DNA of 64,000 bases from positions 96,001-160,000 of IMG/VR virus record IMGVR_UViG_3300037722_000745; one strand, written 5' to 3'. The DNA is from a virus. Taxonomy: Duplodnaviria > Caudoviricetes. The stretch's first letter is position 1. Each line of letters begins with the position of its first letter. Positions 43,496-50,667 of the stretch are shown here, in pieces. The notes under the pieces were generated by a model. That model was not told the DNA's origin. It made no database searches and saw nothing but the letters and a program-made list of their open reading frames with translations. The translations under genes were made by a program, and so were the position numbers.

Positions 43496-46006
43496 TTAAA
43501 GCGCTCCAACAATCACATAAGCAGTGCTAGCGATCGTCACGTAGTGATACCGAAGCTCAAATACATCATTGGGGCCAGACGGAACCGTTCCTTTGACGAC
43601 GACCGTTCTACCGCTGGCGACCACGGTGATCACTCGACCTCCGACAGCATCTTGCTGCCCCAAGATGCTGCCTTTCCAACCGTCTACCCCATTCGTCAGA
43701 GTGACAGCCATATCCCCCGTGGCTACATCGCTCAACGCCCAGTCATTACCGATGCGTAGGTCCAAAGTCGGGGTGGCTGCGAATGCGAACGACTGAACAA
43801 CGGTCCTTCTACCGCCTCGGACTCCAACCACGCCGGGTATCCGATAGATGTAAGCGCCTGTGACATAAGGCTCAGAGAAGTCCCCTACCCCTTGGCCCGT
43901 CCCAGAGAATTCGTAGTCCGTCCACAACCCCTGATTAGACTGAACACGCCAGTCCGCCACGTCCCCAGTCAGATTAGGATTGCCATTCTCCAGCTGACAC
44001 CTGCCACCGGATAGGCAGTCAACTCCTACATCCGTAGAGTGACCACTCACGCCGGAGATCAGTTTTGCTTGCCCAGGAGCGAAAACATGTACGGCTGGAG
44101 CACCTTCGATCCACGAAAACAGGGTCCCTCCGGTAGAAAATAAAGCGTTCATCTTTACCGATGGGCCTGTGGTGGATATTCGAGACCGATCGAACAACAC
44201 AGGCACCCGAGAAGAGGTGATGACAAACGACGCTTCGCGCACAATCCTCATCTCGACTATACCTTGACCGCCTCCGCTGCCCCCGATTCGACCACCTTCC
44301 AGCTCAACGTAAAACGGTTGCTCTGAGTTAGCAAATAAACCATTTTCCAAGATGACGTGACCAAACAGCTTTGCGCCGATGTCGTTGTTGAAGTTCTGGA
44401 CATGCCGAAACCCCCACCCCCTCCACGTATTAAAGGATGCCGTACCTGTAAGCCCAGAGTAAGATGCTGTCCCCGACATCATGGTTCCAGAAGGAGCCCG
44501 AAATCTAACTTGACCGATGAAGTCTACTCCCCAGATGGACACGGTTGAACGATCGCAACCCAGCACGGCAAACACGCTTGAGTTCACAGCGAGATTGATC
44601 AGAGTGATGCCAGGAGGGTACTCTCCGGTAGCAAACGCCAGCGTGTCCTCCTGTGTCCCTGAGTAAAAGCCATCGCAAAAAGCGATGGTACTCGCCTGTG
44701 CAGCACCACCAGGAAGCTCAAGCGTTGCTGCGGGCTCGACAACTCTGAACGTGTCCCCGGCCTGGGGAGAACTCGGCCACTCGTAAGACGGGACAACAAC
44801 CCGATCGACGGTTGTCCACGATTGAGTGCTAAAGCTGACCGAAGACTGGTAAAAGGTGGACCCTCCATTGACCGTGCCCCCTGACACACTGACGCTCGCA
44901 GCGGTCACTTCCGCGATACTGTCGGCATCTCTAGCCCGTTCCCACGCGCCAGTTCGAACGATGTAGATGCCGATCTCAGAAGCCGTTGCTTGAACAGGAG
45001 CCAGGCAACGGTTGCCATCCACTAGGGCCACATCATCGACCGTTTGGGCCCCGGACAAGGTCAAGCTCACCGTGGCCGCAGCGTCTACTGGGCGCTTGCG
45101 TTGGTAGCCTCGAATGCGGCGGCGAGTACCGGCATTCGCCCCGGTAATACCCTCCAGACTGGCATTGCCAAGAGCAGCGGTACCGTAATCAGAGTCAAGC
45201 ACGGCTTGAGTGACATCCGAACCTGTGCCAACCGTAACGGACGCAAGCTCAACGAAGTCTTCACCTATGAAGATTAGGCTCCCCGTGGACCCAAACGGAG
45301 CACCATCAAACGGCTGGGCTTGCCTGGGTAGTGACCCAGACCCCATGATGTGGACTTCACACCGATCGATCCGAACATACTTTCGAAGCTCGGACCAGAG
45401 GGCCTCCATGCCCTCATTACCGCCCCAGGGGTCAGCCTGGGTGCCGCTGCCCGCGCCCCCAGGGTCGTCCGTATCGATCCAGAACTCTAGGGTCCCAGCC
45501 GCCCCAATAACGCCCTCCAACTGCTCCACCGTGCGACGGTAGAAGGGGTGGTAGCCACGAACCGACCCTCCGACGTTACGTTCCGTGACTAAAGCAACCC
45601 CAGGACCGTTGTTGAAAAGTGATGCATCCGGATCCCCCCTCTCACCGAGGGCTGGGTAATGCAAGGCGTAGTTAGGGCTAGCGATACTTGCGATGCGACG
45701 AACTTTCTCAACAGCCGCATCAGGCAGAGTTCGTTCTAATTCAATCCTGAAAGGACCGTAGACTGGAGCCGAAAAGGTGATTTGCCATAGGGTTGGCGTG
45801 ATCTCCACTATCGAGGAGTTCGCCCCTTCGGGCTCATCCGCAATCCGCACAACATCCGTCGCCCCTACCACAGGATCTGTGATGGTGATCTCGATGGGAT
45901 ATCCAACACCCCCTCCTGCGTCCTCTCCGGAGATGTCTTCCCTAGCTTCTCCTGGAGTACCTGGAGGGATCCCCGCAGTAGGCTGGTCAATTTGAAACAC
46001 CGGCAT
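43496..46006 (-). CDS. Fibre/tailspike-like protein (paralog A)
   Basis: 836 aa, colinear with the downstream paralog (LEFWIDTDD...PWG; LSGAQTVDDVALVDGNRCL). Confidence 0.6.
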   Translation of the reverse strand: MPVFQIDQPTAGIPPGTPGEAREDISGEDAGGGVGYPIEITITDPVVGATDVVRIADEPEGANSSIVEITPTLWQITFSAPVYGPFRIELERTLPDAAVEKVRRIASIASPNYALHYPALGERGDPDASLFNNGPGVALVTERNVGGSVRGYHPFYRRTVEQLEGVIGAAGTLEFWIDTDDPGGAGSGTQADPWGGNEGMEALWSELRKYVRIDRCEVHIMGSGSLPRQAQPFDGAPFGSTGSLIFIGEDFVELASVTVGTGSDVTQAVLDSDYGTAALGNASLEGITGANAGTRRRIRGYQRKRPVDAAATVSLTLSGAQTVDDVALVDGNRCLAPVQATASEIGIYIVRTGAWERARDADSIAEVTAASVSVSGGTVNGGSTFYQSSVSFSTQSWTTVDRVVVPSYEWPSSPQAGDTFRVVEPAATLELPGGAAQASTIAFCDGFYSGTQEDTLAFATGEYPPGITLINLAVNSSVFAVLGCDRSTVSIWGVDFIGQVRFRAPSGTMMSGTASYSGLTGTASFNTWRGWGFRHVQNFNNDIGAKLFGHVILENGLFANSEQPFYVELEGGRIGGSGGGQGIVEMRIVREASFVITSSRVPVLFDRSRISTTGPSVKMNALFSTGGTLFSWIEGAPAVHVFAPGQAKLISGVSGHSTDVGVDCLSGGRCQLENGNPNLTGDVADWRVQSNQGLWTDYEFSGTGQGVGDFSEPYVTGAYIYRIPGVVGVRGGRRTVVQSFAFAATPTLDLRIGNDWALSDVATGDMAVTLTNGVDGWKGSILGQQDAVGGRVITVVASGRTVVVKGTVPSGPNDVFELRYHYVTIASTAYVIVGAL

Positions 46007-46036
46007 GTGTCTGCGTCTCTTAGATCAGTCAGTTGC

Positions 46037-46420
46037 CTACGTTTCTTGGACCACTAATTGTCCGGCAGGGAAGCGGATTTGGTCGGAGGTCAACACGGTC
46101 CTTGGGGAGTTCAAGGAACCGAAGTACATCATGTTCCCTCCCGCAACAGCATCCATCAACGCTAGAGACACTACAGTGCCCCAAGCCGACGACGCGATCG
46201 GAAACAGGACCTCCGCTGTGTTCGACGTTTGGCCATTAGATGACACCGAGAATGTGACCACCTGTCGAAGGTAGCTCCCACCCGAGACTTCAGTGCCTCC
46301 CCCGCTGACATCCGGAGCCACCGTGAACAATGCCAAGTACACATCAGCCGGAGGCGTGAACGGAGTGTTCCGGAGCGCCAGATTGATGAAATTGTCGTTC
46401 AGGTAGTGGGTCTTTGGCAT
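46037..46420 (-). CDS. Small beta-rich virion protein
   Basis: 127 aa. VYLALFT...GTEVSGGSY.RQ.VTF...WGTV; paralog of 47532-47933. Confidence 0.65.
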   Translation of the reverse strand: MPKTHYLNDNFINLALRNTPFTPPADVYLALFTVAPDVSGGGTEVSGGSYLRQVVTFSVSSNGQTSNTAEVLFPIASSAWGTVVSLALMDAVAGGNMMYFGSLNSPRTVLTSDQIRFPAGQLVVQET

Positions 46421-46444
46421 GTTAAACCTTCGTGGTCTCCAACA

Positions 46445-46576
46445 TCACAGCGGACCGGACCCAGATTGACCGAAAGGGGCTACCGGAACAGCCGCAGCCG
46501 CCGTGCGACCTAGGGCTTCCTCAAAGACTCTACGTGCTTCCCTAGCCTCTCGATAGATCTGAGAAGAGTTGGCCAT
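46445..46576 (-). CDS. 43-aa small protein (not in ORF track)
   Basis: MANSSQIYREAREARRVFEEALGRTAAAAVPVAPFGQSGSGPL. ATG overlaps the upstream TGA (TGATG). Confidence 0.55.
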   Translation of the reverse strand: MANSSQIYREAREARRVFEEALGRTAAAAVPVAPFGQSGSGPL

Positions 46577-46986
46577 CAACAGCAATCTCCACTACCAGGT
46601 TTGACAAACGAAGCATGGATACCCTTCTCGATAGCAGGGGACCCTTCAATCACATCGAAGTCCTGGGCTACGATCTGTTGGCCGGCGCTGTACGTCAGCA
46701 GATTGCGCCAATACCCAACCGCGTTCGGACGAAAACGAACGTTGTAGTAACCAGGACTGCCCGCAATCTCATTGAAGTAGACATTCCCAGCAACGACTTG
46801 CGCATCCGTCACCGCAACACCCGATATGAGAGCCCACGGCTGAAGGAGATTGTTGTAGAAGATCTCCGACACCAAGGAGGCAGGACTTAGTCCTGTAGCC
46901 CTGGTAAACTGGTCCATCTGGAAGAAGTCGACCTGGTCCAGTACCACTTGGTTAGCCTGGACGATTCTTCCTCGAGTGGTGGGCAT
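46576..46986 (-). CDS. Ig-like virion protein
   Basis: 136 aa; PGYYNVRFRPNAVGYWR beta-sandwich pattern. Confidence 0.55.
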   Translation of the reverse strand: MPTTRGRIVQANQVVLDQVDFFQMDQFTRATGLSPASLVSEIFYNNLLQPWALISGVAVTDAQVVAGNVYFNEIAGSPGYYNVRFRPNAVGYWRNLLTYSAGQQIVAQDFDVIEGSPAIEKGIHASFVKPGSGDCC

Positions 46987-47147
46987 CAGGACCTGGGCTC
47001 AGCAGGTGATTTCAGAGGTGGAGGAGTCTGCGGCTTCACATAGGAAGCTGCACCACGCAATGTCGCCACAAGAGCCATCCGGCGGATAGGACGCACTAAG
47101 ACTCCAGCCGAACCCTCCATTCTAGTAGAGATGTCTACACGAGCCAT
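46986..47147 (-). CDS. 53-aa small protein (not in ORF track)
   Basis: MARVDISTRMEGSAGVLVRPIRRM...; TGATG overlaps at both ends. Confidence 0.55.
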   Translation of the reverse strand: MARVDISTRMEGSAGVLVRPIRRMALVATLRGAASYVKPQTPPPLKSPAEPRS

Positions 47148-47491
47148 CAGCGTTCCTCTCTCCGTCGGTTTCGAATACCACTGGGAGACCCCACCGAATA
47201 GGATGGAGCAGGGGGTGATGGGGGCACTATCCTCACGATAGGAACCGTGATCGGCTTAGCTGTAACCGGTATCTGAGGACCTGCTGAGAAGTTGTTGATA
47301 GTGATCCCAGACGGACTGATCACCATTGACGATCCGCCCACCGGGAACAGCCCGAGAGCAGCCTGAAGAGACCCCGAGAAAGTGGTTTCTGACTCTCCCG
47401 CTGCTGTCAAGGAAGCCGCATACGCCATGGCCGCCCCTGACGTCTGCGAGGATTCCCCATCCATCGTTGCTAGGATTTCAACAATCGCCAT
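47147..47491 (-). CDS. Hypothetical virion protein
   Basis: 114-aa ORF within the translationally coupled operon. Confidence 0.55.
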   Translation of the reverse strand: MAIVEILATMDGESSQTSGAAMAYAASLTAAGESETTFSGSLQAALGLFPVGGSSMVISPSGITINNFSAGPQIPVTAKPITVPIVRIVPPSPPAPSYSVGSPSGIRNRRREER

Positions 47492-47531
47492 CTATCACCT
47501 CAGCGTGCGGCCTACGTGAGTGAAGAAACAA

Positions 47532-47933
47532 CTATGACTCTGTCACCACCAGCGCGCCGATGGCGAAATTCAATTCATCGCCGATACCTACCGCTTTGGG
47601 GTCAGCCAAATTGCCGAAGTACAGGATGTTGCCCGCTCCGACCGTGGCATTATCAGTCATCGCAGCAGCAACCACCGTACCCCAGGAAGCTCCTGCAACT
47701 GGGAATGTCACAGCACCCGTGTTGGATGTTGAGGACGACGCTGCAGCTCCGAACGTGACCGCGACACGATCATACAACGTGCCGCCCGCTGTCACGACCT
47801 CAGTCCCCGAAGTCGTTGCGGTCGGAGCTACCGTGTACAGGGCAGCAAAGACAGCGGCCGGGGACGTGAACGTCGTGTTGCGTAGCACATGGTCAAGCAA
47901 GGCGTTGGACAGGGTCTCAGCTTTCGCAGGCAT
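47532..47933 (-). CDS. Small beta-rich virion protein
   Basis: 133 aa; paralog of 46037-46420. Confidence 0.65.
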   Translation of the reverse strand: MPAKAETLSNALLDHVLRNTTFTSPAAVFAALYTVAPTATTSGTEVVTAGGTLYDRVAVTFGAAASSSTSNTGAVTFPVAGASWGTVVAAAMTDNATVGAGNILYFGNLADPKAVGIGDELNFAIGALVVTES

Positions 47934-47994
47934 TGTCGGTTCCCTCGTTCAGGTTGGGGTCTCGCCTTTAGCGAGAAATCTAATGACACCAGGT

Positions 47995-48007
47995 CATCTA
48001 AGGATTA
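47995..48007 (-). promoter_or_regulatory. Putative late promoter TAATCCTTAGATG
   Basis: Intergenic, about 60 nt upstream of the 47933 start; matches the motif family. Confidence 0.4.
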
Positions 48008-48022
48008 TCTGCCTCAACCAGT

Positions 48023-48280
48023 TCACGGGTGATGGCAAACTGACTTCAAACTCTTGATGCAATGAGCGTAGGGTTGGGCCGGAACTTTACCTGTGTTGTT
48101 GAACCAGGCTGTTTTGAGTTCGTCCACGTTCGAGATCGAGGTGTCGAACACAAAAAAGACCCGCCCACCGTTCTCACGATCCGTACGCTTCATCACCACG
48201 CCGGCTGTCTGCAGATAGGCTGCGAGGTACAGATCAGGCGTACGAAACTCTCCGGGTTTCGACTGCAATTTTTGTGACAT
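48023..48280 (-). CDS. Small DUF5659-like protein
   Basis: 85 aa; TPDLYLAAYLQTAG...RENGGRVFFVF pattern. Confidence 0.5.
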   Translation of the reverse strand: MSQKLQSKPGEFRTPDLYLAAYLQTAGVVMKRTDRENGGRVFFVFDTSISNVDELKTAWFNNTGKVPAQPYAHCIKSLKSVCHHP

Positions 48281-48318
48281 CTAACATCCTCATCTGACTC
48301 GCCTCAACGCGAGCTGAA

Positions 48319-48382
48319 ATTTGATCTGTTTAGTCTAATTATCTGAGTCTGGGTCTACATCTAGCCAACGCTCAAAGCGTTG
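48319..48382 (-). promoter_or_regulatory. Hairpin followed by periodic RRAY run
   Basis: Hairpin caacgc/gcgttg at 48366-48382. The mRNA sense continues TAGATG TAGACC CAGACT CAGATA ... AGAC AAAC AGAT AAAT. Confidence 0.5.
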
Positions 48383-48391
48383 TGAACGTCA

Positions 48392-49498
48392 TCAGGTCGT
48401 AACAGTGAAGACGTTCGAAGCGAAACTCGTGTACTGCACCTGAACCGTGGAGCCCACTGCCAGGCCGCTAAGCAACGACGCAGGGATGACGATCGATGTT
48501 GCCGTCACCGAGCCCTGAGTGCCTCCCGTAAGGGTACCTTCGATCACCGACTGGAACAGCTTGATGCTAGTCGAGCCGTTCGGCGCAACCACCCTGACCA
48601 CAGTGGCCTGCACTTCTGGGTTTCCCAAGTTGGTGCCATCGATGGTGATGTCTCCAGCATTCGGGACGTCCTCTTCAGCGCCCGTGATAACCGTGAGTGG
48701 GGCCGTAAAGGCCGTCCCGTCATCAGACACTACCGAAATGGCCGGGCCCGTCGCCAAGGCCGGCACACGAGTGGGATCTGGAGTGTAGTTGGCATTCAGG
48801 TAGCCCGAGATCATGCCTACTTGAAAGGACTTGATCGCCACATCGGTCTCAACGAACCGGGGGGCCAAAGCGTCCGCCAAAGCCACTCGCTGAGCCGCCG
48901 TGGGACCGAAGCCCAGAGATGTATCCAGGGTAGCGGCCGTCACATCAAGAGGACCCCCGACGGGCAACAGATCCGTGATGACCGCCGCAGCCGTTTGGAC
49001 TGTGAAATCCTCCCCAGCGACGTTGAATCCAGCAACATCGTTGAAGGTGTTGCCGCCCGCTGTAGAATCCGTCTCAATATAGGACCCGGCACCCGTGGCG
49101 ACGCTGTAGAGGATCAGATTCGTCCCTGTGTCATCCAAACGGACCCGGGCGTCAAACGGTTCCGCAATGAGCGCAGCGTTGACCGCGTCCGCGATAGCCT
49201 GTCCCGTCGCGTAGACCGCGTTCGCAATAGCGACGTCCGTGAAGGCATCCCCCGAATCCAAACGCAACCGAAGGGTGTCATTGGTGCCATCCACCGTGTC
49301 CCCTCCAGAAATGTCCGTGGCGCCTTGGAGACCCGCGGGATGCCCCGCAACAAGCGTCTCCACATCGGATAGAACCGGACGTCCTAGCCGACGTTCTTGC
49401 CCTCTGGGCTCGGTCGGGGGGTTGTACTGGCTAACCGGCTCCAAATCCATCAAGGCAACCGAACCCGGCAGATCTCCACGAATGACTCCTACGCGCAT
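48392..49498 (-). CDS. Virion protein with a sheath-insert-like domain and a C-terminal Ig-like domain
   Basis: 368 aa, Gly/Thr/Ala/Val-rich; the C-terminus (DVPNAGDITIDGT...IVIPASL) parallels the 202-aa protein. Confidence 0.6.
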   Translation of the reverse strand: MRVGVIRGDLPGSVALMDLEPVSQYNPPTEPRGQERRLGRPVLSDVETLVAGHPAGLQGATDISGGDTVDGTNDTLRLRLDSGDAFTDVAIANAVYATGQAIADAVNAALIAEPFDARVRLDDTGTNLILYSVATGAGSYIETDSTAGGNTFNDVAGFNVAGEDFTVQTAAAVITDLLPVGGPLDVTAATLDTSLGFGPTAAQRVALADALAPRFVETDVAIKSFQVGMISGYLNANYTPDPTRVPALATGPAISVVSDDGTAFTAPLTVITGAEEDVPNAGDITIDGTNLGNPEVQATVVRVVAPNGSTSIKLFQSVIEGTLTGGTQGSVTATSIVIPASLLSGLAVGSTVQVQYTSFASNVFTVTT

Positions 49499-49502
49499 GT
49501 TC

Positions 49503-49895
49503 CTACACTCCTGTTGTGTTCACCGTTGTTGCGGGTTCTGAAAACTTGCCGCGCAGCTCATCCATCCTCAACAGCTTCAGGACTGCTCCGTAGTCCGAGT
49601 AGAACCCTGCCACGGACTTGAGAAACCGAAGCTGATCCGCTTTCCATGCGAACTTGGCGTCACGCAACCAGATTCGCATTCTCCGGAGGTACTTGAAGTA
49701 TTTGGGCGCTTGCTCAAGCCCCTTGAACTCCTCACTCGCCAACTCAAGATTCGCTTGACGAGACTCCATGTCCTTAAGGATGAGCTGGATCTGCCGCATG
49801 AGAAAGAGATCCCTAGGCCGCCAGCGCTGATGCACTGACTGTAGTTCAGAGCTTTGTTCCTGCTCCAGAATCCAAGGGATGTAGAGATAGCGCAC
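49503..49895 (-). CDS. Hypothetical helical protein
   Basis: 130-aa ORF filling the gap between two virion genes. Confidence 0.55.
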   Translation of the reverse strand: MRYLYIPWILEQEQSSELQSVHQRWRPRDLFLMRQIQLILKDMESRQANLELASEEFKGLEQAPKYFKYLRRMRIWLRDAKFAWKADQLRFLKSVAGFYSDYGAVLKLLRMDELRGKFSEPATTVNTTGV

Positions 49896-49911
49896 ACTCG
49901 AGGCCCAAAAC

Positions 49912-50520
49912 TCAGGTGATCACAGCCACAGTGTTGGACAGTTGTTCATCCGCCTGAATCTGCACAGACGTTGTCGTGTCGGAAATACCGGCCACCAAGG
50001 CCGCAGGAATTACGATCGCTGTGTCCGAAACCGTCCCGGTGCCGGCCACGATCTGCGCCTGCGTCAGAGTCACCGCACCATCCCCCGTGATGATAACCGT
50101 GGTGATGTCAGGAGCTACCGACAAGAAACCAGTGCCGTCAATCGTCAAGTCGCCAGCACCTGGGACGTCGATTTCAGCCTGAGTCACGACAGGTGCTGCC
50201 AAGTCCGCCGCCACAAACGAGACCGTGCTGATGTACCCAGCGTCTCGCAGCCCCTTGATTTTGCCTCGGCCTTCCGAACTCAACACCCTGCTGGTTTCAT
50301 CAAGATCAATGTAGCCAGCGATCAGCGGGAAACCTTCCGCCGTCCGAGTCCGTGGGACATAACAGTTCTGCTTGGGTTTATCGATCGTCCCATCCCGAAC
50401 GTACGCCTTAGGGTCTGCAGTCGACCCGAGACGATGGTAGGATTTGTTGGGCAGACCATCATCGATATCGTCCACAAGGATCGCCCCTTGGACGGTCTGT
50501 TGGTGAATGAGTCTCAGCAT
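49912..50520 (-). CDS. Ig-like virion protein
   Basis: 202 aa; C-terminal DVPGAGDLTIDGTGF...IVIPAAL. Confidence 0.6.
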   Translation of the reverse strand: MLRLIHQQTVQGAILVDDIDDGLPNKSYHRLGSTADPKAYVRDGTIDKPKQNCYVPRTRTAEGFPLIAGYIDLDETSRVLSSEGRGKIKGLRDAGYISTVSFVAADLAAPVVTQAEIDVPGAGDLTIDGTGFLSVAPDITTVIITGDGAVTLTQAQIVAGTGTVSDTAIVIPAALVAGISDTTTSVQIQADEQLSNTVAVIT

Positions 50521-50568
50521 GTTCTAGCGTCTCCGTCTCGGGCCTAAACCCTAGTGATCTACCCACCC

Positions 50569-50581
50569 CATAAGAGGGTTA
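50569..50581 (-). promoter_or_regulatory. Putative late promoter TAACCCTCTTATG inside a 9-bp inverted repeat
   Basis: Identical to the 15192 copy; flanked by gtctcgggc (50535-50543) and gcccgagac (50596-50604). Confidence 0.55.
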
Positions 50582-50667
50582 GCGTGCGTGGCACAGCCCG
50601 AGACACAGCAACCAGGTCAAATTCCACGTGAACGGGCGTACGACATGGGAGACAAGGGATAAGAAGA

